A stretch of DNA of 64,000 nucleotides, from the NCBI GenBank assembly GCA_040766535.1, contig JAXGQG010000002.1:64521-128520 (forward strand), given 5' to 3'. Below, one piece after another: positions 28,504 to 38,605 of the stretch; position 1 is the stretch's first letter, and each line of letters begins with the position of its first letter. The position numbers and the translations under genes were made by a program. The notes under the pieces are model-generated. The model was not told the origin of the DNA. It searched no databases and saw only the letters and a list, made by a program, of their open reading frames with translations. Source of the DNA: Dehalococcoidia bacterium (GTDB taxonomy: Bacteria; Chloroflexota; Dehalococcoidia; GIF9; AB-539-J10).

Positions 28504-29351
28504 CGGTGCACGCCCCGGCGAAGGTCAACCTGGTGCTGGAGGTCCTTGGCAAACAGCATGAATACCATGACATCAGCAGCATCGCCCAGACCATCGGCCT
28601 CCATGACACGCTCACGTTCGAACCCGCAGAGGACATCATCTTCACCTGCACGGAGGCATCACTGCAGAACGACAACCTGGTGGTGCGCGCGGCGCACCTG
28701 CTTCGCGAGCGTTGCGCGGTCGCTCGCGGCGCGCGCATACACCTCGACAAGCACATCCCGTGGGCGGCGGGGCTGGGGGGCGGCAGCAGCGACGCAGCGG
28801 CAACGCTATGCGCCCTGAACCGCATGTGGGAGACCGGGCTTTCGCTGCAACAGCTTGCGGCGCTGGGCAGCGAACTCGGTTCGGACGTGCCCCTGTTTCT
28901 GCACGGAGGGACGGTCCTGGTGGAAGGCCGCGGAGAGCGAGTCAGCCCACTTCCACCCCTGAATCCCAGGCATCTGGTGCTCCTCGTCCCCACCCTCACC
29001 CCACCAGATGGGAAGACGGGACTCATGTACCGCAGTCTGCAGCCGGCGATGTTCACCCGGGGTCAGTTCGTCCGAGCTGCGGCGTTCTCCCTTGGACGTA
29101 ACGCGAGCATTCCTGAAGACCTCCTCTTCAACGTCTTCGAGAAGGTCGCCCGCACGGTCTTCCCCGGGCTGGCGGACGATTTCACCGTACTTGAGGACAT
29201 CGCCGGCGCCCGGGCGCGCCTCGCCGGCTCGGGACCGTGCCTCTACGCACTGGTGCAGTCCGAAGACGCGGCGCATCGGACGGTCACACGACTCCAAGCG
29301 TCAGGACGGCACGCCTGTGCGGCACGCACCTGCGACGCAGTGTGCCTGTGA
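28497..29351 (+). CDS. ispE: 4-diphosphocytidyl-2-C-methyl-D-erythritol kinase
   Basis: APAKVNLVLEVLGK and the GHMP kinase motif IPWAAGLGGGSSDAAATL. ATG 28497 overlaps the rsmA stop. Confidence 0.9.
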   Translation: MLTVHAPAKVNLVLEVLGKQHEYHDISSIAQTIGLHDTLTFEPAEDIIFTCTEASLQNDNLVVRAAHLLRERCAVARGARIHLDKHIPWAAGLGGGSSDAAATLCALNRMWETGLSLQQLAALGSELGSDVPLFLHGGTVLVEGRGERVSPLPPLNPRHLVLLVPTLTPPDGKTGLMYRSLQPAMFTRGQFVRAAAFSLGRNASIPEDLLFNVFEKVARTVFPGLADDFTVLEDIAGARARLAGSGPCLYALVQSEDAAHRTVTRLQASGRHACAARTCDAVCL

Positions 29352-29455
29352 CCGGACTCTCCCGTTTCCCGAGCGCGCGCATCGTGCAGCCGCACAACGA
29401 TTGACCGGCGTACTCTGTCTGCGTAGTATTGCCCCATCCCCCGGGGAGGTGCTTC

Positions 29456-31057
29456 GTGGCGCTGATGATACCGGCCGAGACGCCGGACGAGACGCAGAGT
29501 GCCGGCGAGAGGACCCTCCACCCGCTCCTGCGGGACGGCCTCGATTCACACTACACCATATTCCACTCCTTTCACACGCTGACCCCCGATGCCGCCGGGG
29601 TGCTGCACGAGGGCGAAGTGGATTTCCTCATCTTCGACCCGCGCAGGGGATTCCTCATCCTCGAAGTGAAGAGCGGCCAGGTGGTGTACGACGGCGCGCA
29701 GGGTCGCTGGTTCCTGAACGGGATGCCGATACACGACCCCTTCGTGCAGGCCAGGAACGGGAGGTACAAGATCGAAGACCTGCTGAAGCGGCGCCTGGGC
29801 AGACTCCCTCACTGCGGCTTCGCCTACGCGGTGTGCTTCCCCCACACGGTCGGCGAGCCACGAGCCCTGCCTCCACAGGCCGAACGGTCGATTCTCCTGA
29901 CAGCACCAGATCTCGACCACCTGGCCACACGCGTGCAGGAGGTCTTCTCAGTATGCGGCGTTTCGGAGCGGCCCCTGAGCGACAGGGAGAGTGAGCAGCT
30001 TCGCTACACGCTGATGCCGCTATGCGAGTTCGGCGTCAAGCTGTCCGACCGCCTCGGCATGGAGCAGAAGCAGCTCTTTGCCCTCACCGAGGAACAATGC
30101 CGCATGCTCGACTTCATACGCTTCAAGAAGCGGGCGCTCATCCGCGGTTGTGCAGGTTCAGGAAAGACCGCAATGGCCATCAAGAAGGCGCGGGAACTGG
30201 CGCTTGAGGGCAAGTCGGTGCTGCTGCTCGCCTTCAATCAACTCATCGGACGCCAGCTCGCGTCCGGAGTGGCCGACGTCGAGGGGGTCGTCGCCGGCAC
30301 CTATCACAGCTATTGCATGGAGCAGTTGCGCGAGGCCGGCCGCCTGCCCGAAGGCGAGCCGGATGGGGACTACTTCAACCGGGTCATCCCCGATGCCTTC
30401 TACGAGATGGCCAGCCCGGACGGGCAGCGCTACGACGCCATCATCGTCGACGAGGGACAGGACTTCCGCACCGAGTTCTGGGTTACCATCATGTGTCTGC
30501 TGCGGGAGGACGGACTGTTCTACATCTTCTATGATCCCGACCAGAACGTCTTCGGAACAGAGATGGAGTTCCCGATCCAGGACGCCCCCTGCCTTTTGCA
30601 GGAGAACTGCCGCAACACGAAAGCCATCTGCCGGTACACCGCACAGTACACCACGCAGCCAATGCGCTCGATGTCCAGAAGCCCGGACGGTCTTCCGGTG
30701 GAGGAGTTCGTGCACCCCTCACCCGCCGGGCGCCGGCGCAGAGTCGGCGCCATCCTGCACCACCTTGTGCACGAGGAGGGACTTTCTCCGGAGCAGATCG
30801 TGATACTCGGAGGGCACCGGCTTGAGGGCACGTCCCTGCCGCCCGGCAGCACGGTCGGCAGCTTCACCGTGGCGGATGGAGATGAGGCCGTGCCCGGGGC
30901 CATTCGGTACTACACCTACATGAAATTCAAGGGGTGCGAGGCGGACGCGGTCATCCTGCTGGATGTGGACCCCTCCGACGAGCGGTGGTCCGACCGGGAC
31001 ATCTACACCACCGCCAGCCGCGCCAGGCACCTGCTCTACGTGGTGCGGGCCGCCTAA
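29456..31057 (+). CDS. NERD-domain nuclease fused to an SF1 (UvrD-like) helicase
   Basis: The N-terminal block GEVDFLIFDPRRGFLILEVKSG is a NERD/PD-(D/E)xK-like core. Helicase motifs: GCAGSGKT (I), IIVDEGQD (II), KFKGCEADAVILLD and YTTASRARHLLYVV (VI). GGAGG lies 6 nt upstream of GTG 29456. The ORF-track start at 29429 is a TTG. Confidence 0.8.
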   Translation: MALMIPAETPDETQSAGERTLHPLLRDGLDSHYTIFHSFHTLTPDAAGVLHEGEVDFLIFDPRRGFLILEVKSGQVVYDGAQGRWFLNGMPIHDPFVQARNGRYKIEDLLKRRLGRLPHCGFAYAVCFPHTVGEPRALPPQAERSILLTAPDLDHLATRVQEVFSVCGVSERPLSDRESEQLRYTLMPLCEFGVKLSDRLGMEQKQLFALTEEQCRMLDFIRFKKRALIRGCAGSGKTAMAIKKARELALEGKSVLLLAFNQLIGRQLASGVADVEGVVAGTYHSYCMEQLREAGRLPEGEPDGDYFNRVIPDAFYEMASPDGQRYDAIIVDEGQDFRTEFWVTIMCLLREDGLFYIFYDPDQNVFGTEMEFPIQDAPCLLQENCRNTKAICRYTAQYTTQPMRSMSRSPDGLPVEEFVHPSPAGRRRRVGAILHHLVHEEGLSPEQIVILGGHRLEGTSLPPGSTVGSFTVADGDEAVPGAIRYYTYMKFKGCEADAVILLDVDPSDERWSDRDIYTTASRARHLLYVVRAA

Positions 31058-32310
31058 CAGCCACGGCCGAACAGGGTGCGAGCCAGCGCCAGCTCGTCTT
31101 CCCGTGACACGATCCCACCGCTCAGCTTCGCGACGCGCAGTGCAGCGAGAATGCGTCCTATCTCCGGTCCTTCCGGCACGCCCATCGACCGCAGCTCTCT
31201 GCCGGTCAGAGACGGCCGCACGTGGCGCAGTCTGTGAAGATACTCGGACACGTGACCGCGCGCCACAGGGCTCATTATCAGGTGTTCAGCCGCAGCGAGC
31301 GCGCCCGGGCTTCGACCCTGCAGCAACTCGTAGAGCTGATCCGGCTTCAGCGTCGCATCTTCCAGCCTTCGCTCGAGGGCAGCCAGCTCGACACAGTCGG
31401 CCAGCGGTTCCTTGACGCGCCGCGGCAGGTTGAGCCGCACATCCAACGAGTCCACCTCATCACCGGACATGGCCCAGGCGAGGACGCACCAACAGGCCGA
31501 TTCGCGCTGCGGGCCGGAGAGAACTTCACTCCTGATGCTCCCGAGAGCCCACGCCTTCTCACGACCAAACGCCAGCGTCGGATGAACGGCCGCAAGCACC
31601 CCGAGCGCATCCAGCCGCTGCAGTGCCTGCTCCGGCTCATCCTCCTCATACGTCCGTTCGAACTCGTGCCGAACCCGGTCGCCACTGATGCATCCGATGA
31701 AGTGCAGGTCGCGCTGGAGCAGCGCCAGTGTGTGCTCCTCAAAGACAAACCCGAACCGCTGCTCGTAGCGGACACCGCGCAGTATCCTGGTGGCATCATC
31801 GACGAAGCTGTTTGAGTGCAGGACGCGCAGCAACCCACGCTGGAGGTCGGCGAACCCGCCGTGCAGGTCCAGCAGCTCTCCCCGGTGGCGGCCGTCGAGG
31901 ACAAGGGCCATGGCATTGATGCTGAAGTCGCGGCGTATCAGGTCCTGTTCGATGCTTCCCGTCCGGACCACGGGCAGCGCACCGGGCCGCTCATACAACT
32001 CCGCCCGAGCCGATGCCAGGTCGATGCGGAATGCTCCGGACCTGATCGTCGCGGTGCCGAACGCCGGATGAACAACGAGAGTCTCCTCTCCCGGAACCAG
32101 GGCAGCCCGCGCCACGGCGGTGGCATCCCCGTCCACCACCACATCGAGATCGAGGCTGGAGCATCCGAGCAGAAGGTCGCGCACCGGGCACCCAACAAGG
32201 TAGGCCATGCAGTCGAGCCTCGCAGCAGCAGTTCCTACTCGTGAGAGCAGGCCGCCTACTTCGGGCGAGAGCCACCTGTCCAATTCAGCACAGAGATTCA
32301 TCGTCGTCAC
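31054..32310 (-). CDS. cca: tRNA nucleotidyltransferase / poly(A) polymerase family protein (CCA-adding enzyme-like)
   Basis: YLVGCPVRDLLLG, LDLDVVV, RDFSINAMA and LRVLHSNSFVDDATRILRGVRY are PolA-head and tRNA-NT blocks. Its stop overlaps the helicase stop on the opposite strand. Confidence 0.8.
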   Translation of the reverse strand: MTTMNLCAELDRWLSPEVGGLLSRVGTAAARLDCMAYLVGCPVRDLLLGCSSLDLDVVVDGDATAVARAALVPGEETLVVHPAFGTATIRSGAFRIDLASARAELYERPGALPVVRTGSIEQDLIRRDFSINAMALVLDGRHRGELLDLHGGFADLQRGLLRVLHSNSFVDDATRILRGVRYEQRFGFVFEEHTLALLQRDLHFIGCISGDRVRHEFERTYEEDEPEQALQRLDALGVLAAVHPTLAFGREKAWALGSIRSEVLSGPQRESACWCVLAWAMSGDEVDSLDVRLNLPRRVKEPLADCVELAALERRLEDATLKPDQLYELLQGRSPGALAAAEHLIMSPVARGHVSEYLHRLRHVRPSLTGRELRSMGVPEGPEIGRILAALRVAKLSGGIVSREDELALARTLFGRGC

Positions 32311-32477
32311 CGTCCAGAGCTACGTTCGATTATAGCACCGGCCTCGCGCTGCGAACGGTCGCCGTATCGCTGCTGGACTGTGGTCAGAGCAGCGCCTACA
32401 ATGTCTGGAACTTCATCCCGGGTGTCCGGCTCACCACGCCACGATGGGCAACCAACCTGCAAAAGAGAGGAGGCACA

Positions 32478-33627
32478 ATGAGCTTCAAAGGTTACGTGCG
32501 GAGTGACGGGAGCGTGGGGGTCAGAATCACGTCGGCATCATATCGACGGTGGCCTGCGCCAACGATGTGACGCGCTGGATCGCGGACCGCGTCCCCGGCA
32601 GCACCGCGTTCGTCCATCAGCAAGGTTGCGCAACCCGGGACCGGACATGGACCTGGTTCACCGTACCCTGGGCAGCCTGGGCGCGCACCCGAACCTGGGA
32701 GCAGTGCTTCTCGTCAGCCTGGGCTGCGAAGGCGGCATCGACGATATCAAGGAGACGATATCCCGCACCGGCAAGCCGGTCGAGAGCGTGGTGGTGCAGC
32801 AGCTCGGAGGAGCCAGCAAGGCGGTCGAGGAAGGAGGCCGTCTGGCACGCACCATGCTCGCCGCCATCTCCGGTCTGCAGCGCGAGGAGCTCGATGACTC
32901 ACGCCTCATCATCGGCGTGAAGTGCGGCGCGTCAGACACCACGCAGGGCATCATGGCCAATCCCTCCATCGGCGCGATGTGCGATCTGGTGATCAAGGCC
33001 GGAGGCACCTGCGTCTTCGGCGAGACGCCCGAGATGCTGGGTACGGAGCACATCCTCTGCCGCCGCGCGGCATCGGAAGAGATATGCACGCGCATACGCG
33101 AGATAGTGGGCGATGTTGAGAAGCGCGCCGGCATGCTGGGCGTGGACATCCGCGGCGCCAATCCCTCGCGCGGCAACATAGCCGCAGGATTGAGCACCAT
33201 CGAGGAGAAGGCGCTCGGCGCCATCGTCAAGGGAGGCACATCCACCATAATGGGCGTGCTGCAGCACGGGGAGCCGGTGAAGGGCAAGGGACTGTATCTC
33301 ATCGACAGCCCCGGACAGGAGCCCAAGGCCGTGACCGCGCTGGCCGCGGCAGGCGCCCACATCATCATGTTCGCCACAGGCATAGGGGCGCCGCAGGGCT
33401 TCCCGTTCGTGCCTGTTGTCAAAGTCACCGCGAACCCCCGCACCGCGCAGCACCTGGCGGAGCACATCGACGTCCTGGTTGACCTCTATGCGGACACGAC
33501 GCCGGAGCAGCACGGGCGCACGCTGTATGAGGAGATGCTGGCGGTCGCCTCAGGACGAACCACGAAGGCAGAAGCCCTCGGCTACAGCGCGTATCCTGAC
33601 ATCTGGGTATCGGGCGCTGTGTTCTAG
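32478..33627 (+). pseudogene. UxaA-family dehydratase large subunit paralog 1 (altronate/galactarate-dehydratase-like), two early frameshifts
   Basis: GAGAGGAGG lies upstream of ATG 32478. MSFKGYVRSDGSVGVR then shifts frame at about 32525 to (HVG)IISTVACANDVTRWIADRVPGSTAFVHQQGC. It shifts again at about 32635 to the long ORF 32503..33627 (PDMDLVHRTLGSLGAHPNLGAVLLVSLGCE...). It is colinear with the intact paralog at 33778. Confidence 0.75.
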
Positions 33628-33777
33628 AGCTGCGCCGCAGCCGAACAGGCGAGTGCCGCTCGCGGGAGAGGGCGCGCGGGGAATGCCCGCTGCGTCCAAC
33701 ATCGTATTGCCCGGCGCCCCCTCATAACCTGTGGAGTCGAGCGACCAAGAAAGAGACACGAATCACGGGAGGCGAAG

Positions 33778-34926
33778 ATGGAATTCCTCGGTTACCCTCG
33801 CGCTGACGGCACAGCCGGCACGCGCAACTATGTCGGCGTCATCCCGACCGTGGGGTGCTCCTGCGACACGGCGCGGCAGATCGCGCAGAGCGTGCAGGGC
33901 ACCGCTCTGTTCACGCATTTTCAGGGGTGTGACCACACGCCGGATGAGCTTGAGATACTGGAACGCACGCTGGTGAACCTCGGCAGCCACCCCAACCTGT
34001 CGTCCGTCATCTTCGTCAGCCTTGGGTGCGAACCCTCGGATGTGCCGCGCATCGCGGAACTGACGGCGAGAAGCGGCAAGAGGGTGGAGATGCTGGTCAT
34101 CCAGAAGGACGGTGGCACGCTCCGCACCGTGGAACGCGGCGGCAGACTGGCGCGCGAGATGGTGTCGGCGGCGCAGCGCGTCGCCCGGGAGCGTTGCCCG
34201 CTGTCGCTGCTCACCTTCGGCGCCGAGTGCGGCGGCTCGGACGCGACGTCCGGACTGGCGGCGAATCCGGCCATCGGCAACGCGTTCGACCGTTTGCTGG
34301 ACGAGGGCGGCAGCGGCATATTCAGTGAGACCCAGGAGTTCATCGGGGCGGAGCACCTGCTCGCGGCCAGGGCGGCGTCGCCGGCCACCGGTGAGCGTAT
34401 CATGCGCATGGTCGCCGCCTGCGAGCAGCGCTTCCTGGACAAGGGAGTGGACATGCGGGGCGCCAATCCGGCCCGTGGCAACATCGAGGGGGGACTCACC
34501 ACCATCGAGGAGAAGTCGCTCGGAGCCATCGCCAAGGGCGGCACCCATCCTATCGATGGCGTGGTGGAATACGGGGAGCGTCCGGCAGGCAAAGGCCTGT
34601 TCATCGTAAATGGCATGGGCATGGACACGGAGAACCTCACCTGTCTCGCCGCCGCCGGCTCTAATGTGCTCTTCTTCTCAACCGGCCGCGGCACGCCGGT
34701 GGGCTTCTCGTTCGTGCCCGTCATCAAGGTAACTGGAAATCCAGGTACGTATGAGCACATGGGGGACAACATCGACGTGCTCGTCGACCTGGGTAAGTCG
34801 GGGTCGCTGGCAGCCAGCGGACGGCAGCTGTTCGAGACGGCGCTCGAAGTCGCCTCGGGACAGAGCACGAGTGCGGAACTGCTGCATCAGTCGACGTATA
34901 ACGGGATCTGTGTGACCGGACCATAG
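33778..34926 (+). CDS. UxaA-family dehydratase large subunit paralog 2
   Basis: 382-aa ORF: MEFLGYPRADGTAGTRNYVGVIPTVGCS..., GAECGGSDATSGLAANPAIG, RGANPARGNIEGGLTTIEEKSLGAI, FFSTGRGTPVG. Confidence 0.85.
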   Translation: MEFLGYPRADGTAGTRNYVGVIPTVGCSCDTARQIAQSVQGTALFTHFQGCDHTPDELEILERTLVNLGSHPNLSSVIFVSLGCEPSDVPRIAELTARSGKRVEMLVIQKDGGTLRTVERGGRLAREMVSAAQRVARERCPLSLLTFGAECGGSDATSGLAANPAIGNAFDRLLDEGGSGIFSETQEFIGAEHLLAARAASPATGERIMRMVAACEQRFLDKGVDMRGANPARGNIEGGLTTIEEKSLGAIAKGGTHPIDGVVEYGERPAGKGLFIVNGMGMDTENLTCLAAAGSNVLFFSTGRGTPVGFSFVPVIKVTGNPGTYEHMGDNIDVLVDLGKSGSLAASGRQLFETALEVASGQSTSAELLHQSTYNGICVTGP

Positions 34927-35247
34927 ATGATGGTCCGATACGAGTATTGCGTTGACGCCGGGCCGCAGATAGAATGGACCCTTGTGCCGGTACGGTTCGA
35001 CCGCGCGAGTGGCAGATCGGCGCGTTCGAAGGCGGCATACGTGAACAGGGGCAGTATCGGGTCTCGGCCACGCTGCATCAAGGGCTAGATGCCGCGTCAA
35101 CACAAGCGCAGGAGCCTGACAACATCACCATCATCCTGCGCGTGCGAAGGGATCCGACATCCTGACTCCTGATCCACCAGCCGTTCTGAGAAGGACCGCT
35201 TCGGCAGCCCGCCCAACGAGGCAAGAAAGAAAGGGAGGTTAGGACAC

Positions 35248-36396
35248 GTGAGAAGACTGCTCGTATCCCTCATGGCCGTCCTGGCGATCGCCGGCGTAGC
35301 GCTCGCAGGATGCGCCCCCGCGGAGCCCGAACCGGGCGCCACGACCCCCACATCTCCGACCACACCCACCACCCCCACCACCCCCTCTCAGCCTGCGGGA
35401 AAGACCTACAACTGGACCTTCCTGCATGAGCACCCATCCGGAACTCCTCTGTTCAACTACTGCACTGGTGTTGCAGAGGACCTGAAGGTGGCCACTGACG
35501 GCCAGATGACGATGAAGGTCTCCCCTGGCGGTGAGATCGTCGGCGCGTATGACATCGCCGAAGCGCTGAAAGACGGCGTTGCCGAGGTTGGCTGGGGCAA
35601 CGGAACCGCGCAGGTTAAGGTCATCGGCCCGGTCGGCTACCTGCTGACCCCCACCGGCCTTCCCGGCGGCGCTGATCCCTTCGAGCTGCTTGGCTGGTAC
35701 TACACCGGCGGCGGCGACAAACTGGTAGCGGATATCTTCGGCCAGTGGGCCAATCCCGTTGGCGCGATCCCCGGCGAGGCCGAGATCTTCTGCCACGCGA
35801 ATGTCAAGCTTGAGAACATGTCCGACTTCTCGGGCGTCAAGTTCCGCACCATGGGCATGTGGGCCGAAGTGCTGAAGAACAACGGCGCCTCGGTTGTGAC
35901 ACTGTCCGGTTCCGAGATCTACGAGTCGGCGCAGCGCGGCGTCATCGATGCCTTCGAGTACTGCCCGCCCGCGCAGAACTGGCCCATGGGCTTCCAGGAG
36001 ATCACGAACTACGTGGGCGTCCCTGGAATCCACTCCCCCGGCTATCTGAGCTACGTCCTGGTCAACAATGACACCTGGACCGCTCTGCCGGCCAACCTGC
36101 AGACGATCTTCCAGGCCACTTGGAAGACGGCGGTCGTCGACCACTTCATCGCCATGCTCTACGCCGATGGTATCGCCATGAACGACTACGAAGCCTACGG
36201 CAACGAAGTCGTCACCCTGTCGAACCAGGCACAGGAAGACATCGCCAAGGCCGGTCTCGCCATCTGCGAGAAGTACGCAGCGGAAGACGCGACGTTTGCC
36301 GCGGTCTTCGAGCACCAGACGGCCTACTTCAAGACCATCCGGCGCCAGACCCAGCAGGTACAGCCCAAGTTCAGCCTGTTTGACTACGCCTCCTAG
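35248..36396 (+). CDS. dctP: TRAP transporter substrate-binding lipoprotein (DctP type) with Pro/Thr-rich linker
   Basis: AAGGGAGG lies upstream of GTG 35248. Lipobox LAGCAP, then TTPTSPTTPTTPTTPSQP. DctP-like body, followed by dctQ/dctM. Confidence 0.85.
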   Translation: MRRLLVSLMAVLAIAGVALAGCAPAEPEPGATTPTSPTTPTTPTTPSQPAGKTYNWTFLHEHPSGTPLFNYCTGVAEDLKVATDGQMTMKVSPGGEIVGAYDIAEALKDGVAEVGWGNGTAQVKVIGPVGYLLTPTGLPGGADPFELLGWYYTGGGDKLVADIFGQWANPVGAIPGEAEIFCHANVKLENMSDFSGVKFRTMGMWAEVLKNNGASVVTLSGSEIYESAQRGVIDAFEYCPPAQNWPMGFQEITNYVGVPGIHSPGYLSYVLVNNDTWTALPANLQTIFQATWKTAVVDHFIAMLYADGIAMNDYEAYGNEVVTLSNQAQEDIAKAGLAICEKYAAEDATFAAVFEHQTAYFKTIRRQTQQVQPKFSLFDYAS

Positions 36397-36477
36397 TACC
36401 GCAACCACCCGTAAACGCATCGGCGGGGGACACAGACGCTCGGCGTCGTGTCCCCCCTGCCATGGAGTAAACGCAAG

Positions 36478-36999
36478 ATGTCCGTAATTCGAAAGGTCTA
36501 CGACGGCATCGGCTGGTTCAGCGACAAAGTCGGCGAGATGTCCAAGTGGATCATCATCGCCGTCATACTCACCACCACTTTCGAAGTCTTCATGCGGTAT
36601 GTGCTGAACGCGCCGACGATGTGGGCGTGGGCCACTACTCAGATGCTGGGTGCGGCCTTCATCGCCCTTGGACTCGCCAACAACCACCGCATCAACAAGA
36701 ACGTGAGGGTTGATATCATCTCGATGCGGTTCTCGCCGAGGGTGCGCGCCGCGCTCGAGGTGATCTTCACCATCGTCTTCTTCTTGCCTCTCGCCTACAT
36801 CCTGACCCGGCTGTTCATTCAGGATGCGTTCTTCGCCCTGTCCATCAACCAGGTCGACAACACCTCGGCATGGTCGCCCATCACCTGGCCATACAAGATG
36901 GTGGTGGCGGCAGGCATCCTCTTCCTGCTGATCCAGGGTGTGGCCACGTTCCTCAAGGATATCCTCGTACTCAAGAAGGGGGGCGAAGAACCATGGTAG
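36478..36999 (+). CDS. dctQ: TRAP transporter small permease (DctQ)
   Basis: About 173-aa 4-TM protein. Its position and size fit DctQ. The stop overlaps the dctM start (ATGGTAG). Confidence 0.8.
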   Translation: MSVIRKVYDGIGWFSDKVGEMSKWIIIAVILTTTFEVFMRYVLNAPTMWAWATTQMLGAAFIALGLANNHRINKNVRVDIISMRFSPRVRAALEVIFTIVFFLPLAYILTRLFIQDAFFALSINQVDNTSAWSPITWPYKMVVAAGILFLLIQGVATFLKDILVLKKGGEEPW

Positions 37000-38333
37000 G
37001 ACTTGAACTCAGCCCCCTCGCGGTTGTACTCATCATGTTCGGCGCGCTGCTGGTCGGCGTGCTGCTTGGCTACCCGTTGTTCTACTCCCTGGGCGCGGTG
37101 GCGCTGCTCGTCGGCCTGATCACCATCGGGCCGCCAGTGTTCAAGATCCTCCATCTGCGTGCTCGGCCAGCTCTACAACTACACCTTCCTGGCCGTACCG
37201 CTGTTCGTATTCATGGGCATCATGGTGGAGAAGTCCGGCGCTGCTGAGAAGCTCTACGACGGCATTCTCATGGACCTTGGAGGCGTCCGCGGCGGGCTCG
37301 CCATCGGCACGATCCTCATGGGCACGGTCCTCGCGGCCTGCGTGGGCGTGGTGGCCGCCTCGGTTACCACCATGGCGCTCATCGCGGCTCCCACGATGCT
37401 CAAGCGGGGTTACCAGAAGGAACTGACCGCGGGCTGCATCTGTGCCGGCGGTACGCTCGGCATCCTCATCCCGCCGTCCATCATGCTGGTCATCTACGGT
37501 CCCATGGCACAGATATCCGTGGGCAAGCTGTTCATGGCCGCATTCATGCCCGGCTTCCTGCTCTCCGGACTGTACATCGTGTACATAGTCATACTCTCCA
37601 TCCTGAAGCCTTCGGTCGCACCCGTGCCCTCCAGCGAGGAGCGCCTCGATTCCTCTCGGCACGAAGCTTGTTGCGCTCACGAAGGGACTCCTTCCCCCGA
37701 TGTTCATCATCCTGGCGGTGCTCGGCACCATTTTCTTCGGCATCGCCACACCCACTGAGGCAGCAGCCGTCGGCTGTGTCGCCGCAACTCTCCTCGCGGT
37801 CGTGTACCGCAAGTTCAATATGGATATGCTCAAGAGCGCATCACGTGACACGCTGCGCATCGGCGCCATGGCCATGGCCGTCGGCCTGGGCGCCAGCATG
37901 TTCACCGGCGTCTTCCTCCGGCTGGGAGGCGGCGACGCGGTCAGCAGCCTGCTGATGGCGGCGCCTGGCGCGCGGGGCGTGTTCGCCCTGACCATGTTCA
38001 TCATCTTCATCCTGGGCATGTTCATCGACTGGATCGGCATCCTGTTCGTGATGATCCCGTTGGTCAGCCCGATCGGCGAAGCGATGGGTTTCGACCCCTC
38101 TGGTTCCCGCCATGATGATCTGCGTCAATCTGCAGATGTCGTTCCTCACTCCCCCGTTCGCGTACGCCATCTTCTACCTCAAGGGCATGGCGCCACCGGA
38201 ATGGGGCATGGAGACGGGCCACATCATCAGGGGTGTGATTCCATTCGTCATCATCATCCTGATCGGAATGGCCCTGTGCATCATCTTCCCGGACATCATC
38301 CTCTGGCTGCCGCATCAGATGATCAAGTTCTAA
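36996..38333 (+). pseudogene. dctM: TRAP transporter large permease (DctM), at least 3 frameshifts
   Basis: Colinear DctM sequence is split over four pieces: frame of ORF 36870..37247 (MVGLELSPLAVVLIMFG...), ORF 37159..37758, ORF 37700..38485 and ORF 38112..38333 (...FLTPPFAYAIFYLKG...). Shifts lie near 37150, 37660 and 38100. Confidence 0.8.
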
Positions 38334-38605
38334 GACCGGCACACTCAGGGGTGAGCACACACGCTCACCCCTACTGGTTCTCGCCCACGTACCGACGGCT
38401 GGAGGTGTATTGCATTGGAGGCACGAAACTGTTGGCTATACCTCCGGCCTGCCACACGAAGACTCGACTGCAGACCGGCGGGTAGTAATGGGCAGTTGCA
38501 CAATCCCGCGGCGACACGCCGATGCCACACGGATACCACCTCGAACCGCAATCCCATCAGCGGAACAGAGTCACTTTTCTTCACGTACAGTAAGGAGGTA
38601 CCGGC

